Shown here piece by piece: positions 47,133-55,791 of a stretch of 64,000 bases of DNA; position 1 is the stretch's first letter, and every line of letters starts with the position of its first letter. Source of the DNA: Myxococcota bacterium. Its GTDB lineage: Bacteria > Myxococcota_A > UBA796 > CAJQPC01. The stretch lies in assembly GCA_036229005.1 (NCBI GenBank), contig JAZAMN010000052.1, forward strand, positions 416,001 through 480,000, in the 5' to 3' direction. The notes beneath the pieces were generated by a model, which worked only from the letters and a program-made list of their open reading frames with translations, was not told where the DNA came from and did no database searches. Position numbers and translations under genes: made by a program.

Positions 47133-48269
47133 GTGCGGTGGTCTCACGCGCGTGACCCCGAGCGCCTGGCCCGCGTCCAGCTCCTGGATCCGGCGGGCAA
47201 GCTCTCAGTGCAATGGACCGCGGAGAGCGGCCGCGCCCGCAAGAAGACCATCAACAAGCTCAAGACCGCAATGCCCCTGCCCAACGCGTGGTCGGGGGCC
47301 CTCAAGCTGCTGTTCTCAGAGGGCTTCCTGGTCCGCGACCCCCAGGACGGTCCGGTCCAGTGGATGACCGTCACGCGGGAGCCCTTCCCCCAGGGCCAGC
47401 CCTTCGCAGTCGCCCCCTCAGGGGATGCGGTCTGGGTCGCGGACACGGGCTTTGTGCGGCGGATCGAGCGAGGCACCGCACATCTCACGAGCCACGCGTT
47501 GGGGCCCGGAGCCACCCCCCGGCTGTTGGCCTTCGATGCCCAAGGGCGGACCCACGCCTTGGTTGACCTCGATGGTGCCGACCAGCCCAATGGCGACTCC
47601 CCTTGGCGAGCCCCGAGCCAAGGCGGGTCCCAGGTCGCGGTGGTGAGGATCGATCCCCAAGGCGCCCACCAGCCCCTCCTCTCCCACCCCTGGAGTCGCG
47701 GGATCGGGCGCTGCCTGGCGTTCACCCGAGACGGTCGCCTGCTCGCCCCCCACCCCGAAGGCGCGGCCCTCTACGACCCCGACGGCCAGCTCCTGCGCAC
47801 TCTGCCCGCGCAGCCCTGCGCCCACTACGCCCCCAAGGCCGCCATCAGCCCCAGCGGGGAGCACCTGGTCTACCTGGGGAGCGAGGGGACCTTGGTGCTC
47901 GACAGCGGTGGGTCCACCACCCGGAGCCCCGGCCCCGTCCAGCAGGTCTTCGAGCTGCAAGTCACCGACGAGGGCACCGTCATGCTGCGCGGACTCGCCG
48001 AGCACTGGGGGCTGTTCCGCTGGCGGCCCGGTGGCGCGCTGGAGCCCCTGAGCCGCCTGGTCTGGGGCTTGCCCTTGGGCGAGACCATCTACGCGCTGGA
48101 GCGAGACCAGCTCCTGCGCCACCCGCTGGGCGAGCCCAAGGTCCACGGAGCCCCCATGCACCCGATCGGCATGGTCCGCCGCGGCCGCCTGCTCCCCTTC
48201 CCCGACGGCAAGCTGGCCTTCCGCACAGACACCCACACCGTCGGCGAGCTCGACCCCGACCGGGCCTGA
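47133..48269 (+). CDS. Hypothetical protein, probable beta-propeller
   Basis: AVAPSGDAVWVAD, LAFDAQG, LAFTRDG, AISPSG blade-like repeats; starts immediately after the upstream stop. Confidence 0.6.
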   Translation: MRWSHARDPERLARVQLLDPAGKLSVQWTAESGRARKKTINKLKTAMPLPNAWSGALKLLFSEGFLVRDPQDGPVQWMTVTREPFPQGQPFAVAPSGDAVWVADTGFVRRIERGTAHLTSHALGPGATPRLLAFDAQGRTHALVDLDGADQPNGDSPWRAPSQGGSQVAVVRIDPQGAHQPLLSHPWSRGIGRCLAFTRDGRLLAPHPEGAALYDPDGQLLRTLPAQPCAHYAPKAAISPSGEHLVYLGSEGTLVLDSGGSTTRSPGPVQQVFELQVTDEGTVMLRGLAEHWGLFRWRPGGALEPLSRLVWGLPLGETIYALERDQLLRHPLGEPKVHGAPMHPIGMVRRGRLLPFPDGKLAFRTDTHTVGELDPDRA

Positions 48270-48276
48270 GCTTCCG

Positions 48277-49341
48277 CTACCAGACGCCCCGCCGCCCCGG
48301 CCAGCTCCAGACCACCCCCAGGTGCACGAGCTGCTCGCTCTGGGTGGGCAGCACCAGCACCTGCACCGCGCTCCGCCCCAGCAGGCCCACGCGCAGCTCA
48401 GCGGAGGGCGCGATGGTCATGGGCCCGGGGCGGGTCCAGCCGTCCTGACCGAGCTCCGTGGAGAGCACGGCGAAGCCTCCGCCCACCTCGATGGTGGTGC
48501 TCAGGCTCCCCGCCCCGATGCGGAAGCGGTAGGCGGCGCTGCCCCGCGCGCTGAGCCAGGTGGACTCGCCGCTGCGGAGGGCGCGCCAGCGGCGATCCAG
48601 GCCCGCGTAGGCCCCGAGCTGGAGCACCAGGTGGTCCCGCAGATCGCCTTGCAGGTGGGCGCCAAGGCTGGGCGCCCCGGTGGTGGACAGGGGCAGCCAC
48701 ACTTCGACCTGCGCGCCGTAACTGCCGCCCAGCGCGCGGGAGTCGGGGGCGTCCAGCATGAGCTGGAGGGTGTTCGCGGGCGTCGCGAAGGAAAGGCCCT
48801 CTCCGGCCAGCTTGCGGGAGGCGATGCCCACGACCTCGCCCTCGGCGTTGACCAGGGGGCCCCCGCTGTTCCCGGGGTTCAAGGCTGCATCCACCTGGAT
48901 CCAGCTCCCCGATCGGTTGCTCACCACGCCCTGGGACGCGCTCCAGAGCAGCACTCCAGCGAGCTGGGGGCTCCGGCGGGTCTCGCTGCCGCGGGGGTGT
49001 CCCAGCGCCCAGACTGGCTCCCCGAGCGCAGGCGGCGCGTCAGCGAGTTCCAGGTGGGGGGCGCCCTGCAGACCGGCGACCTCGACGAGGGCGAGATCGC
49101 TGGGCAGGTCCCGAGCCACCACCTGACCCCGGAGGTGGGCCCCATCGCGGGTCTGCACCCGGACCTGTCTCCCCGCCGTCACACAATGCGCCGCGGTCGC
49201 CACGGTGCCGGCGTCATCGACCAGCACACCCGCGCACAGCGAGGGCCCGGCCTCGAGCAGCACCACAGCGTCCAGCCAGCCGTCCACTGGCGCGTTGGGT
49301 TCAGCCCCCAGAGCGGGGATCGTCACAAGCAGGGTCCACAC
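48277..49341 (-). CDS. Trypsin-like (S1) serine protease with a C-terminal beta-barrel-like domain
   Basis: TAAHC, DLAL, DAALNPGNSGGPL catalytic triad motifs; no PDZ recognised; amphipathic C-terminal strands. Confidence 0.85.
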   Translation of the reverse strand: MWTLLVTIPALGAEPNAPVDGWLDAVVLLEAGPSLCAGVLVDDAGTVATAAHCVTAGRQVRVQTRDGAHLRGQVVARDLPSDLALVEVAGLQGAPHLELADAPPALGEPVWALGHPRGSETRRSPQLAGVLLWSASQGVVSNRSGSWIQVDAALNPGNSGGPLVNAEGEVVGIASRKLAGEGLSFATPANTLQLMLDAPDSRALGGSYGAQVEVWLPLSTTGAPSLGAHLQGDLRDHLVLQLGAYAGLDRRWRALRSGESTWLSARGSAAYRFRIGAGSLSTTIEVGGGFAVLSTELGQDGWTRPGPMTIAPSAELRVGLLGRSAVQVLVLPTQSEQLVHLGVVWSWPGRRGVW

Positions 49342-49378
49342 TGGTGGCAGGCTAATGGATGCGCCCAAGGAGGCCCAC

Positions 49379-51730
49379 GTGCTCTTCGTCCTGGCTCTGC
49401 TCGCCTGCCGCGACCGCGGCACCACCCCCGACACCGGGGAGAGCGTCGACACCGCAGACACCGGCAGCCCCGAGACCGACCCCTTGGTCACGCCTGGCCC
49501 CGCGCTGGGCGACTGCACGCCCCAGGACGGCGATCAGGGCGTGGCGCTCTCCGGCGTGCTGCTCCTGGACGACGGCCCGGTGTTCGGCGCGGTGCGCTTC
49601 CAGGAGGGCGAGATCGTCTGCGCCGGCGAGGACTGCGATCTCAGCGGCGCGCAGGTGATCTGCACCGAGGGCGTCATCGGCGCGGGCGTGATCGATGCCC
49701 ACGACCACATGCAGTACAACACCCTGCCCCCCTGGCAGATCGACCCGGTGTTCGAGGACCGCTACGACTGGCAGTCCGACGGCCGCTACTGGGACTACCG
49801 CGAGGCCTTCGACAGCATCAGCGACGACCACGGCTGCGAGATCATGCGCTGGGCGGAGACCCGGGCCTTGATGAGCGGCAGCACCTCGGCGGTGGGCGTC
49901 TACTACAACAGTTGCCTGACGGGCGGCGTGCGCAACCTGGACGAGTCCAGCGGATTCCACGGCCTGGCCGACTTCGAGATGGTCTACAGCGCCTCCAAGG
50001 TGACCACGGGGCTGGACAGCGGGGACACCCAGAGCCTGAACGCGGAGCTGGCCTCCGGCGAGCTGGACGCGGCGCTCTACCACGTGGCCGAGGGCTGGGA
50101 CGCCAGCGTGAACAGCGAGATCCCCTACATGCAGGAGATCGGCGGCAGCGGCGAGGGCTGGGTGTACGTACACGCCTCGGACGGCAGCACCGGACAGCTC
50201 GCGGCCCTGGCCTCCGAGGGCACCGGCGTGATCTGGTCCCCCCGCTCGAACCTGGCGCTCTACGGGGGCACGACCCCTGTGGCGGTCGCCAAGCGGATGG
50301 GCCTCAAGGTCGCCATCGGGCCGGACTGGACGCCCTCGGGCTCCCACAACCCCCGCGAGGAGCTGGTCTGCGCCGATGACTGGCTGACCGGGACGGGCAC
50401 CCCCATCTCCGACCGGGAGATCTGGGCCATGGGGACCTCGCAGGCAGCGCAGGTGCTGGGATTGGAGGGCCAGATCGGCAGCCTGGCGGTGGGCGCGAAG
50501 GCCGACCTGGTCGTGTTCCCCTACTCCGACACCCCCTACCGTCAGGCCCTGGACAGCGCCCCGGGGGAGGTGCGCCTGGTCGTGGTCGACGGCGAGGCGG
50601 TGTTCGGCGAGCCGGAGCTCACCGGCGCGATGGATACCCAATCCACCTGCGAGGACTGGGATGTCTGCGGGCAGACCCGCCAGGTCTGTGTGAGCTGGGA
50701 TGTGGCGGCCGTGCGAGACGAGCTGGAGGCTGCCCTGAGCCCCATCCAGACCGAGCAGCCCCTGGACTACACCAAGGAGCTCTACGGCCTGACCCAGTGC
50801 GAGGCCGACGAGCGGGGCCCCTGCGCGCCAGTGTCCGGCGGCAGCGAGGATCCGGACGGCGACGGGGTGACCTCGTCTGCGGACCTGTGCCCCGAGGTGT
50901 GGGACCCCCAGCAGTGGGACCACGATGGGGACGGGCTGGGCGACTTCTGCGATCCCTGCCCTCTGCTGCCTGACGCGGAGGACTGCACCCACGACCCGGT
51001 GGACATCGACGACGACGGCGTTCTCTACGACCAGGACCTCTGCCCGGTGCACTACGACCCCGCGCAGGAGGACAGCGACGGAGACGGCAAGGGCGACGCC
51101 TGTGACCCCTGCCCCGACGCGGCGAACCCCGGAGACGAGGGCTGCCCGCTGGGGGTCGACGTGATCCAGGACGAGACGCACCCCGACCATCCCGAAGAGG
51201 GGGAGCGGCTGACCCTGAGCGGCCTGGTGGTCACGGGGCGGCGCTCGGGCAGCTCCGGGGGCTTCTTCGTGCAGGACCCGGCGCTGGACCGCTTCGCGGC
51301 CATCTACATCTACGACAAGGGCAGCGCCGATGTCGCCGTGGGCGATGAGGTCACGGTCTCCGGCAGCTACCTGGAGTACAACGGCCTGGCCGAGCTGGAG
51401 TCCCCCGAGGTCCAGGTGACGGGCACCGGCAGCATCACCCCGCTGGAGATGGACCCCTGCGAGGTGGGCACCGCCGGGAGCGACGCCGAGGCCTACGAGG
51501 GCATGCTCGTGGTCGTGAGCGGCGTGTCCGTGACCGACTCCAACCCGGACGCCCCCAGCGACTACGGCGCGTTCGTGGTCGACGACTGCCTGTGGGTGGA
51601 TGACACCCTGAGCACCGACTACGAGACCCACCCCGCCGAGGGGACCGCCTACTCCAGCATCACGGGCCCGATGACCTACGCCTACAGCGAGCGCCGCATC
51701 CTGCCCCGAGGCCCCGAGGACATCCAGTGA
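49379..51730 (+). CDS. Lipoprotein: metal-dependent amidohydrolase + TSP3 repeats + OB-fold domains
   Basis: AAGGAGG SD before GTG; LLAC; IDAHDH, YHVAEG, YVH, GPDW, GSLAVGAKADLVV; DxDxDG/CDPC repeats; GFFVQD OB-fold motif. Confidence 0.85.
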   Translation: MLFVLALLACRDRGTTPDTGESVDTADTGSPETDPLVTPGPALGDCTPQDGDQGVALSGVLLLDDGPVFGAVRFQEGEIVCAGEDCDLSGAQVICTEGVIGAGVIDAHDHMQYNTLPPWQIDPVFEDRYDWQSDGRYWDYREAFDSISDDHGCEIMRWAETRALMSGSTSAVGVYYNSCLTGGVRNLDESSGFHGLADFEMVYSASKVTTGLDSGDTQSLNAELASGELDAALYHVAEGWDASVNSEIPYMQEIGGSGEGWVYVHASDGSTGQLAALASEGTGVIWSPRSNLALYGGTTPVAVAKRMGLKVAIGPDWTPSGSHNPREELVCADDWLTGTGTPISDREIWAMGTSQAAQVLGLEGQIGSLAVGAKADLVVFPYSDTPYRQALDSAPGEVRLVVVDGEAVFGEPELTGAMDTQSTCEDWDVCGQTRQVCVSWDVAAVRDELEAALSPIQTEQPLDYTKELYGLTQCEADERGPCAPVSGGSEDPDGDGVTSSADLCPEVWDPQQWDHDGDGLGDFCDPCPLLPDAEDCTHDPVDIDDDGVLYDQDLCPVHYDPAQEDSDGDGKGDACDPCPDAANPGDEGCPLGVDVIQDETHPDHPEEGERLTLSGLVVTGRRSGSSGGFFVQDPALDRFAAIYIYDKGSADVAVGDEVTVSGSYLEYNGLAELESPEVQVTGTGSITPLEMDPCEVGTAGSDAEAYEGMLVVVSGVSVTDSNPDAPSDYGAFVVDDCLWVDDTLSTDYETHPAEGTAYSSITGPMTYAYSERRILPRGPEDIQ

Positions 51731-52524
51731 GGCTGCTGCTGTCGTTCTGGCTGGCCTGCGCGCCGGGCCCTGCACCGAGCGTCACCTCTGCTGAGCCGCC
51801 CGCCGGGTCCCCGAGTGGGCCCGCTGGAGAGCAGGTGTCGGCCGAGCCCGCCGAGGCGCCCGAGCCCGTGCCCGACACCATCGCGCTGCGCCACATCCTG
51901 CTGAGCTTCACCGGCAGCGCGACCCGCAGCAACATCTCAAGGTCCAAGGCCGAGGCAGAGCGGGAGCTGAGCGCGATCCGGGCGCGCGCTGTGGCCGGCG
52001 AGGACTTCGCTGAGCTGGCCAAGGAGTCCAGCGAGGACATGGGCTCTCGGCGGCGCGGAGGGTGGCTGGGCGCGGCGAGCCAGGAGGCCTATGTCCCCGC
52101 CTTCTCCGAGGCCGCCTGGCAGCTCCAGGTCGGCGACATCTCGCCCATCGTCGAGACGGAGTTCGGCCTGCACCTCATCAAGCGGGAGGCCTTGGAGCAG
52201 GTCCACCTGCAGCAGATCCTGGTCCAGCACGCGGACGTCCCCGGCGTGTGGCGCAGCGACAAGGACCTGAACCGATCCCGCGCAGAGGCCAAAGGCCGAG
52301 CCGACGCCGCGCTCCAGGCCCTGGACGCCGGCGCGCCCTTCTCCCAGGTCGCCAAGGAGTACTCCGACGGCCCGATGGCGCCCTATGGCGGTGATCTGGG
52401 CGAGTTCCTCACCGGCGAGCTCGGCCCCGCGTTCGACCAGCAGGTGGACGCCCTGGAGCCCGGTCAGCGCAGCGCCGTGTTCGAGACGGAGGCCGGCTTC
52501 CACATCCTGGAGCGCCTGCCTTGA
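51727..52524 (+). CDS. Parvulin-type peptidyl-prolyl isomerase lipoprotein, two PpiC domains
   Basis: HILL..FAELAKESSED..GGWLG..ETEFGLHLIK; second copy FSQVAKEYSD..GGDLG..ETEAGFHIL. Confidence 0.92.
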   Translation: MRLLLSFWLACAPGPAPSVTSAEPPAGSPSGPAGEQVSAEPAEAPEPVPDTIALRHILLSFTGSATRSNISRSKAEAERELSAIRARAVAGEDFAELAKESSEDMGSRRRGGWLGAASQEAYVPAFSEAAWQLQVGDISPIVETEFGLHLIKREALEQVHLQQILVQHADVPGVWRSDKDLNRSRAEAKGRADAALQALDAGAPFSQVAKEYSDGPMAPYGGDLGEFLTGELGPAFDQQVDALEPGQRSAVFETEAGFHILERLP

Positions 52525-53168
52525 TCCTCTGGCTCAGCCTGGCCTGCGCCTCCGCTCCCAGCGACCAGGCGCTACACGCCGAGGCCCTCCAGGCCGGAGC
52601 CCAAGCGGAGTGCGCCCCCATCTCCGACCCCCAGCTCCGGGGAGATTGCGAGGCGTGGCGGGCCCACAGCCTCGCCAAGGAGGACCTCAAGGCCGCCGAG
52701 GCCGCCTGCAAGCAGATCAGCGATCCCCGCTGGCGAGGCGAGTGCTGGTTCCTGCTCAGCGACGCCGTCCGCGCCGTGGGGACCGACGCCCAGCGCCTCT
52801 GCGGGCAAGCCGCCCAGTACGAGCGCGAGTGCCGAGGGCACGCCATCTCCCGCGAGGCCCGGCGGTGGCTGGAGACGCCCGGCAACGAGACCCAGGCGCA
52901 GGCAGACCTGGAGCAGCGCTGGAGCGCCCTCTACAAGCCGGAGAAGGCCCGATCTGAGGCCCAGCGCATGGTCGTGGCCCAACTCCTGAACCGGGAGAAG
53001 CCCTTCACCCCCCAGAGCTTTGGGGACGCCAGCGAGGACATCGTCAGGTTGACCCTCGCGGCGCACCTTCGGCAGCACGGCTGCGCAGAGCACGGACTGT
53101 CCCCTTCCCTGGACCCCGCGCTCGTTGTGGCAGCGCGCCACGAGGCCGCCTGCCCGGCGCGGGATTGA
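52521..53168 (+). CDS. Cys-rich lipoprotein, paralog 1 of 3
   Basis: MILWLSLAC; LRGDCEAWRA, ECWFLLSD, HAISREA, PFTPQSFG. Confidence 0.85.
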   Translation: MILWLSLACASAPSDQALHAEALQAGAQAECAPISDPQLRGDCEAWRAHSLAKEDLKAAEAACKQISDPRWRGECWFLLSDAVRAVGTDAQRLCGQAAQYERECRGHAISREARRWLETPGNETQAQADLEQRWSALYKPEKARSEAQRMVVAQLLNREKPFTPQSFGDASEDIVRLTLAAHLRQHGCAEHGLSPSLDPALVVAARHEAACPARD

Positions 53169-53176
53169 CACCCTCC
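53161..53176 (+). repeat. 16-bp box GGGATTGACACCCTCC, copy 1
   Basis: Identical to 53875-53890. Confidence 0.85.
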
Positions 53177-53213
53177 CAACGCTTGGCCTGTGGGCGCCGA
53201 ATACAGTTCAGCG

Positions 53214-53855
53214 GTGCTCTTGCTCCTGCTGGCTTGTGGTGGCCATCGCCCTGAAGACAGGGACCGGGAGCTCCACGCGCGGGCGCTGGCAGCGGGGAAG
53301 GACGCTGAGTGCTCTGGGATCCAGGACACGGCGCTCCGCGGAGACTGCGAGTCCTGGCGCGCTGGGCAGCTCGCCCTGTGGGACTCTGCAGCAGCCGAGT
53401 CCGCCTGCGATGAGATCAGCGCCGCGCTCTGGCGTGAGGAGTGCTGGTTCCTGCTCAGCGACAACACCGAGGCCATCGGCGAGCGCGCCGAGCGCCTCTG
53501 TGGTCACACGGGGCGCTTCCAGACCCAGTGCCGCTCGCACGCCATTGGCCGCGAGGCGGTGCGCTGGCTCTCCACTCCTGGCCAGGAGGACCAGGCGATG
53601 GCCGGCCTGGAGGCGCACTTCCTCAAGAGCTATCCCCCCGAGCGGGCCTACCACGAAGCCCAGCGCGCCCTGACCAGCGAGCTCCTCAGGCGCCCCCGGC
53701 CCTTCACGCCGGCCACATTCGGGTACGCCAGCGACGAGATCGTGGTGTTCACCCTGGCTGAGCACCTGCGCTTCAGCGACTGCAGCCGCAAGCAGTTTGC
53801 GAGCACGCTGGACCCCGAACTGGTCGCTCGCGCCGTGGCTGATGCGGGCTGCTGA
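53214..53855 (+). CDS. Cys-rich lipoprotein, paralog 2 of 3
   Basis: (M)LLLLLAC; LRGDCESWRA, ECWFLLSD, HAIGREA, PFTPATFG. Confidence 0.85.
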   Translation: MLLLLLACGGHRPEDRDRELHARALAAGKDAECSGIQDTALRGDCESWRAGQLALWDSAAAESACDEISAALWREECWFLLSDNTEAIGERAERLCGHTGRFQTQCRSHAIGREAVRWLSTPGQEDQAMAGLEAHFLKSYPPERAYHEAQRALTSELLRRPRPFTPATFGYASDEIVVFTLAEHLRFSDCSRKQFASTLDPELVARAVADAGC

Positions 53856-53874
53856 GCGCCTGGGCGCGCGGAGG

Positions 53875-53890
53875 GGGATTGACACCCTCC
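53875..53890 (+). repeat. 16-bp box GGGATTGACACCCTCC, copy 2
   Basis: Identical to 53161-53176 and at the same distance from the next start codon. Confidence 0.85.
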
Positions 53891-53927
53891 AGACTCGGAG
53901 GGCGCAGATCACACATACCTTGAGGAA

Positions 53928-54593
53928 GTGTTGCTACTCCTCCTCTCCTGCGGCCTGAGCGCCCCCAGTGATCCCGACCAGCGGCTGCATGCGCAGGCGC
54001 TCGAGTCTGGCGCCAACGCTGACTGCGCCCAGATCGTCGACTCGGGCCTGCGGGGCGACTGCGAGTCCTGGCGCGCAGGCAAACTCGCCAGGACAGACTC
54101 GCTCGCTGCCGAGAGTGCCTGCGAAGACATCGAGCCGGATCTCTGGCGCGAGGAGTGCTGGTTCCTGCTCTCGGACAACGTGGAGTCCATGGGGAGTGAA
54201 GCGGAGCGGCTGTGCGCACAGACCGGGCGCTTTCAGCGGGAGTGCCACTCCCACGCCATTCAGCGGGAGGCCGAGCTCTGGCTGCGCGAGCCCGGCGAGG
54301 AGATGCAGGCCTTCGCAGGCCTGGAGGCCCACTTTGGGCTCAGCTACCCGCCCCAGCAGGCCCGCGCGGAGGCGCTGCGCGCGCTCACCAGTGAGCTGCT
54401 CCGCCGCCCGCGCCCCTTCACGCCCAGCAGCTTTGGGGACGCCAGCGAGGAGGTCGTGGTGTTCACGCTCTCCGAGCACCTGCGCTTCCAGCGCTGCTCG
54501 GCTCGGGGCATGGCGCCCACCCTGGACCCCGCCCTGGTCGCTCAGGCCGAGGCCCAAGCGGGCTGCCCGATGCCTCTGGATCCCCGCGGTTAG
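53928..54593 (+). CDS. Cys-rich lipoprotein, paralog 3 of 3
   Basis: (M)LLLLLSC; LRGDCESWRA, ECWFLLSD, HAIQREA, PFTPSSFG. Confidence 0.85.
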   Translation: MLLLLLSCGLSAPSDPDQRLHAQALESGANADCAQIVDSGLRGDCESWRAGKLARTDSLAAESACEDIEPDLWREECWFLLSDNVESMGSEAERLCAQTGRFQRECHSHAIQREAELWLREPGEEMQAFAGLEAHFGLSYPPQQARAEALRALTSELLRRPRPFTPSSFGDASEEVVVFTLSEHLRFQRCSARGMAPTLDPALVAQAEAQAGCPMPLDPRG

Positions 54594-55165
54594 TCCACCG
54601 ACTCCGCAGCCAGGAACTCACTGACGGCCTCTTCGATCTCCAGGTGTGCCGTCTGCAGGCCACGCGTGTGGACCCGCATCTCCCGGTCCACCAGCAGAAT
54701 GAGCGGGAAGCTGTTGTCCGGGACGGCTTTGATGGACCACCCGTCCTGATCGGCGACGATCGGCGCGTTCTCTCCGCCGAGCTCGGCCCACTGTTGCAGC
54801 TCCGAGACGTCCACGCTGCCACCGACCTTGTCCTGGGGGAGCACGGTCACGAACACGACGCCGTCGTCGGCGAAGCGCTCCTGGCTCTCTCCCACGTGCT
54901 CCGCGAGCGCCTGGCAAGGGCCGCACCACATGGCCGAGATGTCCAGGACCATGAGCTGCCCGTGGAACTGCCAGAGAGAGACCTCATCGCCAAATTGGTC
55001 GGGGCCGCGCAGCTCCGGGATGACCTCGCCGACCCGGAATCCTTCCCCGGTGAGGGCGGGATCCTGCTCGATGGTGGGCCACCTGTTCTCCGGAGCGCTC
55101 CAGGGCTCCTCGTCCCCCTCACTGTAGAGCCGCGGCGCGCACGCCAGGGCCAGCAGCAAGCTCAC
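54590..55165 (-). CDS. TlpA/ResA-like thioredoxin-fold lipoprotein (WCGPC)
   Basis: LALAC lipobox, DQFGDEVSLWQF, SAMWCGPCQ, cis-Pro FP; GTGA overlap with its paralog. Confidence 0.88.
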   Translation of the reverse strand: MSLLLALACAPRLYSEGDEEPWSAPENRWPTIEQDPALTGEGFRVGEVIPELRGPDQFGDEVSLWQFHGQLMVLDISAMWCGPCQALAEHVGESQERFADDGVVFVTVLPQDKVGGSVDVSELQQWAELGGENAPIVADQDGWSIKAVPDNSFPLILLVDREMRVHTRGLQTAHLEIEEAVSEFLAAESVD

Positions 55166-55731
55166 AGCTCCGCCTGCAGCAGCGCGTCCACCTGCTCCCG
55201 GATTGCAGCGTCGCTGGCCGCCAGATCGCGGGCCGAGACCTTGAGCTCCCGATCCAGGACCATGAGCTGAGGGAAGGTGTTCGTGGGGACGGCGTCCAGG
55301 TACCAGTCGGAGTCGTCTCCAACGATCGGGGCGGCGATCTCGAAGGCGTCCGCCCACTCCGCCAGATCGTCCACGCTGGGGGCCTCACCGTCCCGGTCCT
55401 GGGCCAATACGGTCAGGTAGACCACGCCGTCAGCCTCGTAGTGGGCCTGGGTCTCGGTCACATCTCCGGCGAGGTCCTGACAGGGCGCGCACCACATGGT
55501 GGAGATGTCCAGGATGACGACGTCTCCGTAGAACTGCCAGAGCGAGACTTCGTCGCCGAACTGGTCAGCGCCGACGAGCTCCGGGACGACCTCGCCGACC
55601 GCGAACCCCTCCGCAGCGAAGCCCTCCGGCAAGCCCGAGGCGGTGGGCCAGGAGTTCTCCGGGGGACTCCACACCTTGTCTCCATCGGAATACAGGCGGG
55701 GGGCACAGGCGAGCAGGAAGAGCGCAATCAT
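55162..55731 (-). CDS. TlpA/ResA-like thioredoxin-fold lipoprotein (WCAPC), tandem paralog
   Basis: MIALFLLAC, DQFGDEVSLWQF, STMWCAPCQ, FP. Confidence 0.88.
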   Translation of the reverse strand: MIALFLLACAPRLYSDGDKVWSPPENSWPTASGLPEGFAAEGFAVGEVVPELVGADQFGDEVSLWQFYGDVVILDISTMWCAPCQDLAGDVTETQAHYEADGVVYLTVLAQDRDGEAPSVDDLAEWADAFEIAAPIVGDDSDWYLDAVPTNTFPQLMVLDRELKVSARDLAASDAAIREQVDALLQAEL

Positions 55732-55791
55732 GGCCGGAGTGTACCCAAGAAACTCCCGGCTGCCACGCGCATCCGACCCCCAGGAGTTCTC

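Noticed and set aside
53165..53207. TTGACA in the duplicated box as a sigma70 -35 element
   Set aside because: There is no -10 hexamer 16-18 nt downstream in either copy; the -10-like box is 31 nt away
53853..53890. Selenocysteine recoding of the paralog 2 TGA (Gly-Cys-TGA followed by a GGAGGG/CCCTCC hairpin)
   Set aside because: The TGA aligns with Pro, not Cys, in the other two paralogs, and the hairpin is explained by the duplicated box; a simple stop gain is more parsimonious
52521..54593. Cys-rich paralogs as c-type cytochromes matured by the adjacent TlpA proteins
   Set aside because: There is no CxxCH motif, only C-x2-H
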